A stretch of 63,132 bases of DNA, filler included. It is 7 parts of 7 records of this genome, joined end to end, with 100 filler letters (N's around TTAATTAATTAA, not from the genome) between each part and the next. Parts side by side here need not be neighbours in the genome. Positions count along the whole stretch, not along the records: positions 1 to 10,951 come from SRR31156797_18778; 6 more parts are not named here. One strand, 5' to 3'. Shown piece by piece: positions 1-10,182 of the stretch. The notes under the pieces are model-generated. The model searched no databases. It had not been told where the DNA came from and was given only the letters and a program-made list of their open reading frames with translations. The first letter of the stretch is position 1. Every line of letters begins with the position of its first letter. A program made the position numbers and the translations under genes.

Positions 1-1
1 G

Positions 2-214
2 CTTGTTATTGCCCACGAGGCGGTCAAGAGTTTCGGTATGGGTGCGGAAATATCGGCTGCCGTTTCCGAAGAGATCATGGATGAATTGGATGCCCCCATC
101 ATGCGGGTAGGGGCGCCCTTTGTTCCGGTCCCCTTTAGTCTGGAAAAGTCATATTTGCCCAATGGCGACCATATTATGACCGCCGTCAAGAAAACATTGG
201 AACGGACTTTTTAA
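2..214 (+). CDS. 2-oxoacid/acetoin dehydrogenase E1 beta subunit, C-terminal fragment (5' truncated)
   Basis: Manual translation LVIAHEAVKSFGMGAEISAAVSEEIMDELDAPIMRVGAPFVPVPFSLEKSYLP...TF*; typical transketolase-C/E1-beta terminus; E2-E3 gene downstream. Confidence 0.85.
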   Translation, partial: LVIAHEAVKSFGMGAEISAAVSEEIMDELDAPIMRVGAPFVPVPFSLEKSYLPNGDHIMTAVKKTLERTF

Positions 215-231
215 GTAAGGAGGAAAGGCCC

Positions 232-1284
232 ATGAAAGCTGCTTTGTGGCATCAAAAGGGTGATATACGCGTTGAGGATATGGAGATCGGGTCCCCGGGG
301 CCGGGCCGGGTTAAAGTCAAAATAAAGGCATGCGGTATTTGCGGTTCGGATTTACATGAATACCGGGAAGGTCCCTTTATCATTCCCACAAGGCCCCATC
401 CACTCACCCATCGGCAGGGGGGACCGGTTGTCTTGGGACACGAATTCTCAGGAGAAGTGGTGGCGCTTGGGGAGGGTGTGACGCAATTGGTTCCTGGCGA
501 CCGGGTGGTTGGGAACCCCCTTATCTATTGTGGGAAATGTCATTATTGCAAACTGGGCCGGCATATTATGTGCACAAAGCTGGGCACGGTGGGTTTCGCG
601 GCGGATGGCGCATTTGCGGAATACGGTATTTTTCATGACTATTCTCTCTTGAAATTGCCCGATTCGGTGACGGACGAGATGGGCGCATTCGTGGAGCCGT
701 TGGCGGTTGCCGTCCATGCCGTTAAGAGGAGCAGAATGAAGATCGGGGCTTCGGTGGCCATAATCGGTGCGGGCCCCATAGGGCTTCTTGTGATGCAGGC
801 CTGTCTTGCGGCAGGTGCCGGCAAGGTTTTTGTGGTGGAGCCCATGAAAGCCCGCCGGGAAATCGCGTGGGAGACCGGAGCTTATGCTGTCATAAACCCG
901 GCTGAAACAGACCCCGGCAAAGAAGTGGCAAAATTGACGGAAGGATTGAGGACTGACCTGGCCTTCGATTGCGTTGGAAATCAACCCGCCTTTGATACGG
1001 CGGTAAAGGTAACGGGAAGAAGGGGTGTCATATGCGTGGTCGGACTCTCCTTAAAACCGATTGAAGTCCCTTTCATCAGGCTATGGGGACACGAAAAAGA
1101 GATGACCTTCAGCAGCGGTTATGAAGACGAATTCCCGGCGGCCGTATCATATCTGGCCGATCGGCGGGTCAAGGTTGAAAGGCTTGTTTCAGCTTCCATC
1201 GGATTGGAGAACCTGGTTGAAAAAGGGATCATACCGCTGATTGAAGAAGGTGAGAAGCACGTAAAAATATTGGTCTATCCATAA
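232..1284 (+). CDS. Zn-dependent MDR alcohol dehydrogenase, 2,3-butanediol dehydrogenase-like
   Basis: CGICGSDLHEY, GHEFSG, CxxCxxC-x7-C structural Zn site, GAGPIG; AGGAGG RBS. Confidence 0.85.
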   Translation: MKAALWHQKGDIRVEDMEIGSPGPGRVKVKIKACGICGSDLHEYREGPFIIPTRPHPLTHRQGGPVVLGHEFSGEVVALGEGVTQLVPGDRVVGNPLIYCGKCHYCKLGRHIMCTKLGTVGFAADGAFAEYGIFHDYSLLKLPDSVTDEMGAFVEPLAVAVHAVKRSRMKIGASVAIIGAGPIGLLVMQACLAAGAGKVFVVEPMKARREIAWETGAYAVINPAETDPGKEVAKLTEGLRTDLAFDCVGNQPAFDTAVKVTGRRGVICVVGLSLKPIEVPFIRLWGHEKEMTFSSGYEDEFPAAVSYLADRRVKVERLVSASIGLENLVEKGIIPLIEEGEKHVKILVYP

Positions 1285-1306
1285 CGGTATCGAGGAGTGT
1301 CTATTC

Positions 1307-2080
1307 ATGAATCTTCCATATTTTGATTTGACCGGTAAAGTGGCCATTGTAACAGGCGGGGCCGCGGGAATTGGGAGGGGCATCGCCGAGGGGCTTGCAG
1401 ATGCGGGTGCAAGTATTGTGATTGCGGCCCGTCGTCTTGAAAATTGCCAAGCGGCATGCAGGGAAATCGCGGAAAGGACGGGGAATCCGGCTTTTCCATG
1501 CAGCTGCGATATCACCCATAGAAGTGGTGTCGCCGCCTTTGTGGATGATGTGATAAAGGAATTTGGACAGATCGATATCCTTGTCAATAACTCCGGTACG
1601 GGGGGAAGTGAAAAGCCTATTTTGAAGATGACCGATCAGGATTGGAGCAGCGTCATCGATACAAACCTGAAAGGCGTTTTTACCCTTTCCCGGGCGGTGG
1701 TCGGCAAGATGGTGGAACGGGGTACGGGTGGAAAGATCATCAACGTGGCATCCATCGGAAGCCTCATCGGTTGGCCGAATATGTCGGCATATTGCGCCAG
1801 CAAGGGGGGATGCCTGCAATTGACAAAAGTCATGGCCCTGGAATGGGTTCGGTATGATATCCAGGTAAACGCAATCCTGCCGGGGTATTTTGAAACACCC
1901 ATGAACAGGGAGTTTTTCGCCACCGAAGCAGGTGCCAAAGCCATCAAGAGCAGCATCCCCATGAAAAGGATTGCCCGGATTGAAGAGATGAAAGGGGTTG
2001 CCATCCTTCTGGCCTCACAGGCATCCAGTTTCATGACCGGATCCGCCGTTGTGGTGGATGGCGGCCATACCTGCTGGTAG
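1307..2080 (+). CDS. Short-chain dehydrogenase/reductase (gluconate 5-dehydrogenase/KduD-like)
   Basis: TGGAAGIG, NNSG, YCASK catalytic motif, VDGG. Confidence 0.9.
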   Translation: MNLPYFDLTGKVAIVTGGAAGIGRGIAEGLADAGASIVIAARRLENCQAACREIAERTGNPAFPCSCDITHRSGVAAFVDDVIKEFGQIDILVNNSGTGGSEKPILKMTDQDWSSVIDTNLKGVFTLSRAVVGKMVERGTGGKIINVASIGSLIGWPNMSAYCASKGGCLQLTKVMALEWVRYDIQVNAILPGYFETPMNREFFATEAGAKAIKSSIPMKRIARIEEMKGVAILLASQASSFMTGSAVVVDGGHTCW

Positions 2081-2096
2081 TTTTTGAGGAGAGGTT

Positions 2097-2879
2097 ATGA
2101 AGCCATACAATACCGTACGCTTGGAAAAGAAGAGAGGCATCGGTTATCTCACCTTGAACCGTCCTGAGGTGCGAAATGCCTTTAACCGGGAAATGATCCA
2201 TGAATTAAGGGATGCCCTAAGGATTGTCGATCGAGATCCGGAGATCGGGGTCCTGATTATTACCGGCGCGGGGAAGGCGTTTCAGGCCGGGGCCGATATT
2301 GCGGAGTTAAGTCTTATGACGCCCATGAAAATACTGCGCTGGAACGAGGGGATTGTGCGGATTAACGCGGCCCTTGAAAAAATGAGACAACCCGTCATCG
2401 CGGCCATAAACGGCGCTGCAATGGGGGGCGGTTTGGAGCTGGCCATATCCTGTACCCTAAGGGTCATTGCCGAATCCGCAAAAATGGCGCTTCCGGAGGT
2501 CAAGCTGGGCATTATCCCAGGGACCGGCGGAACACAGCGTTTGCCCCGTCTGATCGGAAAGGGTCGGGCTGCTGAATTCCTCCTTACCGGAGAGGTTATC
2601 GAGGCTCGGGACGCCTACCGTATGGGTCTGGTGAATAGGGTCGCATCCGATGGTGAGGTTCTGGAGGCGGCGGAAGAGCTGGCGCGCAAGATTATGGCCA
2701 ACGCCCCTATTGCCGTGGAGATGGCGAAAGACGCCCTGGAAATCGGCAAGGATTTGCCTCTGGAGCATGCGGTTCAATATTCCCAGAAGAATTGCGTCAC
2801 CTGTTTCAGCACTGAGGATATGAAAGAAGGCATGGGCGCGTTTTTGGAAAAGCGAAAGGCTGATTTTAAAGGAAAATAA
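2097..2879 (+). CDS. Enoyl-CoA hydratase (crotonase family)
   Basis: LNRPEVRNA, AGADI, GGGLELA and PEVKLG (both catalytic Glu), GGTQRLPRLIG. Confidence 0.92.
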   Translation: MKPYNTVRLEKKRGIGYLTLNRPEVRNAFNREMIHELRDALRIVDRDPEIGVLIITGAGKAFQAGADIAELSLMTPMKILRWNEGIVRINAALEKMRQPVIAAINGAAMGGGLELAISCTLRVIAESAKMALPEVKLGIIPGTGGTQRLPRLIGKGRAAEFLLTGEVIEARDAYRMGLVNRVASDGEVLEAAEELARKIMANAPIAVEMAKDALEIGKDLPLEHAVQYSQKNCVTCFSTEDMKEGMGAFLEKRKADFKGK

Positions 2880-2895
2880 CAAGAGAGATTCCGGG

Positions 2896-5493
2896 ATGCC
2901 AATAGATGTTGTAATGCCAAAACTCGGTCTGACCATGACCGAGGGCCTGATTGTCGAATGGAAGAAAAAAGAGGGGGACCCTGTCAAAAAGGGGGGGATC
3001 CTTTTTGTATTGGAAACCGAAAAGGTCACCTATGAGGTGGAATCACCGGAGGAGGGTGTGCTCGGTAAGATCCTCGTACAAGAAAATGAAACCGTACCGG
3101 TGGGTGCCTTGGTGGCTTATATCTTAAAACCGGGGGAGGATGCCGCCCATCTGGAAGGGGTAATGGCGAAGCCGCCGGAATCCCGGGTGAAAATTGAAGG
3201 GGTTGAACCCGGGGGTTTGCCCCTTGAAGAGCCCACGCCTTTGATGAAGGAGGCGCCGACAGCCGGTACAAGGATCAGCGCATCACCGTTGGCCAAAAAG
3301 ACCGCAAGGATGCACCATATGGATCTAAGGAAAATCAGCGGCACCGGTCCCGGCGGGATGATCATCAGGGAAGACGTGGAAAAAGCCAGGGAGGCGCCGG
3401 CCACGGGCCGGAGAGAGGTCCCCTTCACCGGCATGAGACGGGCAATCGCCAAGAAGATGTTGGCCAGCAAAGTGGAAACGGCCCAGACCTATATGAGTAA
3501 TACGGTGGATGCCGGGAAGATCCTGGCGTATCGGAAGGGTGTCCTCCCCGAGATCCAGAGGGATTTCGGCGTAAAAGTCACCATCACCGACTTAATGATG
3601 AAGATAACGGGGGCGGCCGTACGCGAACACCCCATTATGAATACCCGGTGGTCCGATAAGGGGATACTCTTTTTGGATGATGTCCACATGGGTATGGCCA
3701 TGGCCCTGGATGATGGCCTTATCGTCCCCGTGATCCGTGACGTTAACCGGAAAGATCTGGCACAAATTGCCAAAGATCGGATCCATCTGATCCAAAAGGG
3801 GAAAAACAATGCATTCCTGCCCGATGATATTTCCGGAAGCACCTTCACCCTGTCTGCAATGGGCATGTTCGGCGTGGAGCATTTCACTTCCAACATAAAT
3901 CTGCCGGAAAATGCCATTTTGGCGGTTGGGGCGATTATTGACAAACCCGTAGCCGTTGATGGCGAAGTGGTGATCAGGCCCATGATGAATGTCACCCTCT
4001 CCTATGATCATCGGTCCATTGATGGTGCGGAAGCGGGGAAGTTCATGGGAACATTGCAGGCCTTCATTGAAGACCCGATCCCTAGGCTTGAAGATCAACC
4101 AACTCAGGATGTTGCCGGAGGAAAAAGGATCACCATCATCGGCGGCGGCGTGGGCGGTTATCCCGCGGCCATCAAGGCTGCCCGGTTAGGCGCCGAGGTG
4201 ACGTTGATTGAAAAGGAGCACATGGGGGGGGTCTGTTTGAATCGTGGATGCATTCCAACCAAGACGCTGCTTCAATCCGGGCAGGTGATAAATACCATTC
4301 AAGAATCCGAAATATTTGGAATAAACTGCGGTGATTACGAAATTGATTTCGGCGCCATCATGAACCGCAAGAATGCCATTGTGGAAAAGCTTCGAAACGG
4401 CGTTCTGAAATTGCTGGCGGCTAAGAAAGTAAGGGTAATAAAAGGGACTGCTACGCTCCTTGATGCCTCAACGGTTAAGATCTTGGAGACCCGGGAGGAG
4501 ATCAAATCCGATAATATCATTATCGCAAGCGGATCAAGACCCGGGGAGTTGAGTATTGACGGGGCCGATTCACAGGAAGTTTGGGACAGTGACCGGTTCC
4601 TCGATATGGAGCGTCTTCCAAGCACGGTCGCCATTGTGGGAGGGGGCTTTATCGGTGTGGAATTTGCTCAGATCCTGAACCGAATGGGCGTTGATGTAAC
4701 CATTCTGGAAATGATGGATACCCTTATTTCAGGGGCTGACGGGGAGATTGCCAAGGCCCTTGAAAAATGCCTGGTGGACGAGGGGATCAAGGTATTCACC
4801 AACGTGGACATCAAAGACATCAAACATGGTAAAACAAAAAGCGCGGTGCATTTCCTGTTAAATGGTGCGCTTGAAAAATGTGAAGCGGGTAAAGTCATTT
4901 TGTCCGTTGGACGAAAGCCCGATTTGTCATGGTTGGATATAAACGGGATGGGCTTGGCAACCAGGCGGGGCGCTCTCCATGTGGATGAACGTATGGAGAC
5001 GAATATCCCCGGCGTTTATGCAGTTGGAGACGCGGCGGGAGGCATCATGCTGGCGCATGTTGCCACGGCCGAAGGGGAATGCGCGGCAAAAAATGCAATG
5101 GGTAAAAAGTCAGTCATGAACTATGACGCCATACCCTCCTGTATTTACACCTCTCCCGAAGTGGGTTCCGTCGGTATGAGTGAGGAAAAAGCAGCAGAAA
5201 ATTTTGATATTCAGGTGGGACGATTTCCGTTTCATGGTTGTGGAAAGGCACTGGTTCTGAATGAGACTTATGGGATGGTGAAAATCATTTCGGAAAAGGG
5301 TTCGGGCGTTGTCCTGGGTGTCCATATCCTTGGACCCCATGCCACGGATATGATTGCAGAAGCCGTATTGGGGATGTCCATGGGTATGACGGTGAATCAA
5401 TTGGCCCATGCCATACATCCCCACCCCACACTGTCGGAAGCCGTCATGGAGTCGGCCTTAACGCTCTGTGGCGGGGCTATTCACATGCCTTAG
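2896..5493 (+). CDS. Fused dihydrolipoamide acyltransferase (E2) - dihydrolipoamide dehydrogenase (E3)
   Basis: Lipoyl domain (MPKLG, ETEKV), PSBD (ASPLAKK...GTGPGG), E2 catalytic DHRSIDG, then GGGVGG, GGVCLNRGCIP, GGGFIG, HPHPTLSE in one uninterrupted 865-aa ORF. Confidence 0.93.
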   Translation: MPIDVVMPKLGLTMTEGLIVEWKKKEGDPVKKGGILFVLETEKVTYEVESPEEGVLGKILVQENETVPVGALVAYILKPGEDAAHLEGVMAKPPESRVKIEGVEPGGLPLEEPTPLMKEAPTAGTRISASPLAKKTARMHHMDLRKISGTGPGGMIIREDVEKAREAPATGRREVPFTGMRRAIAKKMLASKVETAQTYMSNTVDAGKILAYRKGVLPEIQRDFGVKVTITDLMMKITGAAVREHPIMNTRWSDKGILFLDDVHMGMAMALDDGLIVPVIRDVNRKDLAQIAKDRIHLIQKGKNNAFLPDDISGSTFTLSAMGMFGVEHFTSNINLPENAILAVGAIIDKPVAVDGEVVIRPMMNVTLSYDHRSIDGAEAGKFMGTLQAFIEDPIPRLEDQPTQDVAGGKRITIIGGGVGGYPAAIKAARLGAEVTLIEKEHMGGVCLNRGCIPTKTLLQSGQVINTIQESEIFGINCGDYEIDFGAIMNRKNAIVEKLRNGVLKLLAAKKVRVIKGTATLLDASTVKILETREEIKSDNIIIASGSRPGELSIDGADSQEVWDSDRFLDMERLPSTVAIVGGGFIGVEFAQILNRMGVDVTILEMMDTLISGADGEIAKALEKCLVDEGIKVFTNVDIKDIKHGKTKSAVHFLLNGALEKCEAGKVILSVGRKPDLSWLDINGMGLATRRGALHVDERMETNIPGVYAVGDAAGGIMLAHVATAEGECAAKNAMGKKSVMNYDAIPSCIYTSPEVGSVGMSEEKAAENFDIQVGRFPFHGCGKALVLNETYGMVKIISEKGSGVVLGVHILGPHATDMIAEAVLGMSMGMTVNQLAHAIHPHPTLSEAVMESALTLCGGAIHMP

Positions 5494-5556
5494 AAATGTT
5501 TTGAATGATCAAGCCGGAATTCGGCTTCATATGTTTTACAGAGGAGGGTGCGCCAT

Positions 5557-6738
5557 ATGGACTTTGGTTTCACAAAGGATGAGCAGGCATTTAGAGAAAG
5601 GCTCAGTGATTTTCTGGACAAGGAATTGACTGAGGAGATTGCCCGGCAGAACTGGGAGGATTTGGGGGTTAAATCCGAAGCGCGGGAGTTCAGCCTGAAG
5701 CTGGCGGCCTACGGATTTCTGGGATTGAGTTGGCCGAAAGAATACGGTGGTAAGGGTCTTCCGCCCACCTACGATTTCATCCTTTTGGATGAACTGGGGA
5801 AAAGATGGGGTGCCCATGTACCCCTTGATGTGGGTTACACCATGGTGGGGCCGACCATCTTGCGACGAGGCGGCGAGGACCTCAAGAAAGAGTTCTTGCC
5901 CAGGATCATCAACGGTGAAATAGAATTCTGTCTGGGTTATACGGAGCCGAACGCCGGTTCCGATCTGGCCTCCATGGGGATGCGGGCAGTTGATGAAGGG
6001 GATTGTTATGTCATTAACGGTCAAAAAACATTCAACACCGAATGCCATTATTCCGAGTATCACTGGCTGGCGGCGAGGACGGATGCCGACCCCGATATCC
6101 CGAAACACAAAGGGGTAAGCCTGTTTGTGGTCGATATGGACAGCCCCGGCATCACCATTCGGCCTCTCTGGACCATGTCGGGGGAAAGGACGAACGAGGT
6201 CTATTACGAAGATGTAAAGGTCCCCAAGAGCCGCCTGGTGGGAGAAGAGAACAAAGGATTTTATTATATGATGGAGGCCCTGGGATCCGAACGTAATCAG
6301 GTCTTTGTTCCCGGGAGATTGATCCCGATTCTCCAGGAACTCATCCAATACGTAAAAGAGACGGAGTTTGAGGGAAAACCTATGTCCAAGGACCCCTTGA
6401 TCCGCCATAAGCTGGCCCAGGCGAGCATCGAACTGGAGGTGGCCACCGTGCTGGCGGATCATTCCAGATGGCTTGAAAGCAATGATCTACCCATGGCTTA
6501 TCAGGCTGAAATAACGAAAGTGTTTACCTCGGAACTGGAACAGAGACTGGTCAATTCGGGAATGGAGATCCTGGGCCTTTTCAGTCAACTGACGGAAGAC
6601 TCCAAATGGGTTCCTTCGAGAGGGAGGATTTCTTGGTATTTCCTCCATTCCTTTATGACGACCATCGGAGCCGGCACAAGCGAGGTGGGCAGAAGCGTGA
6701 TTGCCCAGCGGGGACTGGGGCTGCCGAGGGCCTACTAA
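5557..6738 (+). CDS. Acyl-CoA dehydrogenase, catalytic subunit of a probable heteromeric pair
   Basis: YTEPNAGSD, INGQKTF, ALGSER, IGAGTSE; ATG after GAGGAGG. Confidence 0.9.
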   Translation: MDFGFTKDEQAFRERLSDFLDKELTEEIARQNWEDLGVKSEAREFSLKLAAYGFLGLSWPKEYGGKGLPPTYDFILLDELGKRWGAHVPLDVGYTMVGPTILRRGGEDLKKEFLPRIINGEIEFCLGYTEPNAGSDLASMGMRAVDEGDCYVINGQKTFNTECHYSEYHWLAARTDADPDIPKHKGVSLFVVDMDSPGITIRPLWTMSGERTNEVYYEDVKVPKSRLVGEENKGFYYMMEALGSERNQVFVPGRLIPILQELIQYVKETEFEGKPMSKDPLIRHKLAQASIELEVATVLADHSRWLESNDLPMAYQAEITKVFTSELEQRLVNSGMEILGLFSQLTEDSKWVPSRGRISWYFLHSFMTTIGAGTSEVGRSVIAQRGLGLPRAY

Positions 6739-6779
6739 CAATCATATTTCATCTTCACCTGAGGGGGGAGTATCAGATT

Positions 6780-7916
6780 ATGGATTTTCATTTTACGGAA
6801 GAGCAAAGGATCCTTCAAAAGACTGCTCGAGATTTTCTTCAGGCCGAATGTCCGAGTTCATTTGTCCTGGAAATGGAAGATGATGAGAAAGGTTACACCC
6901 AAGAGCTGTGGCATAAGATGGCGGAGTTGGGGTGGATGGCCCTGATTATCCCGGAGGAATATGACGGGGTGGGAGGAAGTCTGCTGGATCTGGTGGTGAT
7001 GCTGGAAGAGATGGGACGGTTCTGTCTGCCGGGGCCATTTTTCTCGACGGTTGTCTTCGGTTGTCTGGGTGTATTGGAGGCTGGAAGTGAGGAACAGATG
7101 AGGGATTTTTTGCCCGGGATAGGGACGGGAGAACTGGTATTGACCATGGCCCTCTCCGAACCTCAAAATAGAAAGTATGACCCATTCCGGGTGGGGGTTG
7201 AAGCCGAGGCCGGGAACAATGATTTCATAATCAACGGCACCAAACTTTTTGTGCCGGATGCCCATGTGGCGGACTACATCCTATGTACGGCAAGGACATC
7301 AGGCAGCCAAGGGTCCAAGGAGGGGATCACGCTCTTTATGGTTAATTCAAAAAGTCCCGGTATTCATATGACACCCATGAAAACATTGGCGGGCGACAAG
7401 CAATTTGAAGTTGATTTCAAAGGGGTCCCGGTTCCAAAGGATCATGTGCTCGGTCAAATAGGCCGGGGAGGGGAAATCCTGGAAAAAATCCTCCAAAAGG
7501 GCGCCATCTGTAAATGCGCGGAGATGTTGGGCGGTTCCCGGAAAGTATTGGAAATAGCCACCGAATATGCCAAGGAAAGGGAACAGTTCGGAAGGCCCAT
7601 CGGCAGTTTTCAGGCGGTTCAACACCACTGTTCCAATATGCTCATGGACATTGAGGGGAGCCGGTATATCACGTACAAGGTCGCATGGTTACTGGGGGAG
7701 GGCATCCCGTGCACGAAACAGGTCTCTGCCGCAAAGGCCTGGACTTCTGAAGGGTACAAAAGGGTTGCGGGTCTTGGACATCAGATCATGGGTGCCACGG
7801 GGTACATCATTGAACATGATATGCCCCTTTACTCCAGAAGGGCCAAGATCGCTGAGCTGGCCCTGGGAGATGCCGGTTACCATCGCGACGTGGTCGCCAG
7901 AGAATTAGGCCTTTAG
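6780..7916 (+). CDS. Acyl-CoA dehydrogenase, partner (probably non-catalytic) subunit
   Basis: MDFHFTEEQ start, INGTKLFV, REQFGRPIGSFQAVQH; no obvious catalytic Glu; start reassigned from ORF-track 6606. Confidence 0.88.
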   Translation: MDFHFTEEQRILQKTARDFLQAECPSSFVLEMEDDEKGYTQELWHKMAELGWMALIIPEEYDGVGGSLLDLVVMLEEMGRFCLPGPFFSTVVFGCLGVLEAGSEEQMRDFLPGIGTGELVLTMALSEPQNRKYDPFRVGVEAEAGNNDFIINGTKLFVPDAHVADYILCTARTSGSQGSKEGITLFMVNSKSPGIHMTPMKTLAGDKQFEVDFKGVPVPKDHVLGQIGRGGEILEKILQKGAICKCAEMLGGSRKVLEIATEYAKEREQFGRPIGSFQAVQHHCSNMLMDIEGSRYITYKVAWLLGEGIPCTKQVSAAKAWTSEGYKRVAGLGHQIMGATGYIIEHDMPLYSRRAKIAELALGDAGYHRDVVARELGL

Positions 7917-7961
7917 CTGAGAGCAGCCTATTTTCGGCGTTGGATTGCCTGGAGGAGGAAT

Positions 7962-8477
7962 ATGGATTTAGACAAACTGGACGGATATGCCGGAAAATCA
8001 GAATTTGTGGAGGATTTGCGGAAGAGGACCTTTGATACGGAAATGAAATGTCACGGATGCGCCCAGGTGATTGTTCAGTCCTTTCTGGATATTTTTGAGG
8101 AGAATAACACCCCCGTATCCATGGCTGCCAGTCCCTTTGCAGCGGGCATGGCGCTGACGGGAAATAACTGCGGTGCCCTTATCGGCGGTCTCATGATTTT
8201 GGGTCTGGTATTCGGCCGAAAGGATGTCAACGAAGGGATGGAGGGTATCCTTGCGGGGATCCGTCCCATGAGAAAACTGGTGAAATATTTTGAAGAGACC
8301 TGCCACAAGGTGAATTGCCGTGATATCACCCTGTCGGATCTGGCCGATCCGAAAGAAGCGACAGCATACTTCCAAGGGGGCGGCCTTGAGAAGTGCGCCG
8401 GCATCATGGCGGACGTGGCCGGTTTCGTGGGTGCGATCATTTACGAGGAAAAGGAAAAGAGATCCGAAGAATCGTAA
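7962..8477 (+). CDS. C_GCAxxG_C_C family putative redox-active protein
   Basis: CHGCAQ...AAGMALTGNNCGA...NCRDI...KC pattern. Confidence 0.85.
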   Translation: MDLDKLDGYAGKSEFVEDLRKRTFDTEMKCHGCAQVIVQSFLDIFEENNTPVSMAASPFAAGMALTGNNCGALIGGLMILGLVFGRKDVNEGMEGILAGIRPMRKLVKYFEETCHKVNCRDITLSDLADPKEATAYFQGGGLEKCAGIMADVAGFVGAIIYEEKEKRSEES

Positions 8478-8528
8478 TGGTGTAATTGGGGATGGGGTAG
8501 AAGTCCCTGAGTTCAAAGGAGGGTCATT

Positions 8529-10130
8529 ATGGGTATTCTGAATACAAAAAACGCCACGATTCTCGGGCGCAATATGAATTTGAGAAAATTATTGGAGCGT
8601 AAGGTCCGTCAGCATGGAGACAAGCCTTTCATTATTTTCGTGGACAAGGACCGGAAAGAGGAGATCTTAACATATGCGCAGTTTGACGAAACAGTGAACA
8701 GACTTGCCAACTGGCTTCTCCAAAAAGGGATCCGAAAAGGCGACTTCGTGCTGACACATCTTCCAAACTCATCGGGATTCGCCGTTGCAACCCACGCCTG
8801 CACAAAGATTGGGGCGGTCATGATCCCTTCGATCATTTTTGATGTTGGCGAGGATCTTGAATACAAACTCAATTTTTCAGAAGCCAAAATGGTTATAACG
8901 GATGGAGAGTATTATCCCATGTTTGAAAGCATCCTTTCCAAGTTCCCCTCCGTTAAGGATATCTTAATCTATCGATCAGAAGGCAAAATTCCGGGAACGC
9001 ATGCTTGGAATGACATCCTTGAAAGCGCTTCCCCCGAACTGGATCATTTTGAAATCGATCCCCTTGATACAGCCCAGATGCTGTTCACTTCCGGGACAAC
9101 AGCACGGCCCAAAGGGGTCTCTTTGACCCATGCCAATTTCCTCTATATCGGTGAAACCTGCGCAAAAAGCTTTGCGGTTACCCCGGATGATCGTTACCTG
9201 TTGGTTTTGCCTCTCTTCCATGTGAATGCCCAATGTATCTCCTACTGGCCGTGCCTGACGGCCGGCGCGAGCATGGTGATTTGCGAGACCTTCAGCGCCA
9301 CCCATTTCACGTCTCTGATTCGAAAGTATGATTGTACGCTATGTTCCCTTGTGTCCGCAACGCTCCGCATGATTCTGGCGCAACCGGAGCATCCCCTTGA
9401 CGGTGAAAATAAAATGTGGCGATGCCCCTACGCCATTGCCATTTCAGACGAGGAGTGGGACACATTTGAAAGAAGATTCAACACGATCCTGATCGACCTG
9501 TATGGTTTAACCGAGACCTTGGCTCCGTGTACCATAATGCCCATATGGGGAGAGCATCGAAGGGGTTCCGTGGGTTGGCCGAATCCGGGCATGGAAGTAA
9601 AGATCGTGGATGATCATCGTAACGAAGTTCCCATAGGGGAAACCGGAGAGATTGCCGTAAAAGGGGAACCGGGGATTTCCCTGTTCAAGGAATATTACAG
9701 GAATCCCGAGGCCACTGCACGGGATCTTGTGGATAAATGGTTCTTCTCCGGAGATTACGGAAAGCTGGATGAAGATGGTTATGTATATTTTCTCGATCGT
9801 AAAAAGGATGTGATTCAAAGGGCCGCGGAAAACATTTCCGCACCCGAGGTGGAGCGCGTTTTAAACGACCATCCGGCGGTCGAGGAGTCCTGCGTCATTG
9901 CCGTCCCGGATCCTGTCCGGGATGAAGCCGTATTGGCCTTGGTCAAATTTAGGGAAAGCGCCGGTGCAACGGAAGAAGAACTTACGGAATTCTGCAAGGA
10001 AAGGATGGCCAAATTCAAGGTCCCCCAATACTACATTTTTCAGGAGGGCGAATTTCCGAAAACTTCCATCGGAAAACTCCGTAAGAATATTATCAGAGCT
10101 GAAGTGCTGAAAACTTGGGAGGCTTCTTAG
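8529..10130 (+). CDS. AMP-forming acyl-CoA ligase, crotonobetaine/carnitine-CoA ligase (CaiC)-like
   Basis: FTSGTTARPKG, YGLTET, SGDYG, DRKKD, PKTSIGK; GEPGISLFKEYY is CaiC-like. Confidence 0.88.
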   Translation: MGILNTKNATILGRNMNLRKLLERKVRQHGDKPFIIFVDKDRKEEILTYAQFDETVNRLANWLLQKGIRKGDFVLTHLPNSSGFAVATHACTKIGAVMIPSIIFDVGEDLEYKLNFSEAKMVITDGEYYPMFESILSKFPSVKDILIYRSEGKIPGTHAWNDILESASPELDHFEIDPLDTAQMLFTSGTTARPKGVSLTHANFLYIGETCAKSFAVTPDDRYLLVLPLFHVNAQCISYWPCLTAGASMVICETFSATHFTSLIRKYDCTLCSLVSATLRMILAQPEHPLDGENKMWRCPYAIAISDEEWDTFERRFNTILIDLYGLTETLAPCTIMPIWGEHRRGSVGWPNPGMEVKIVDDHRNEVPIGETGEIAVKGEPGISLFKEYYRNPEATARDLVDKWFFSGDYGKLDEDGYVYFLDRKKDVIQRAAENISAPEVERVLNDHPAVEESCVIAVPDPVRDEAVLALVKFRESAGATEEELTEFCKERMAKFKVPQYYIFQEGEFPKTSIGKLRKNIIRAEVLKTWEAS

Positions 10131-10182
10131 CCAAGGAAGTAAGCGCTTTGCGTGTTTCTAGGATTTGTGGTGAGGAGATGTT

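Noticed and set aside
6606-6779. N-terminal extension of the second ACAD given by the ORF track
   Set aside because: It overlaps the previous gene; the family-typical MDFxFTEEQ start with an RBS is at 6780.
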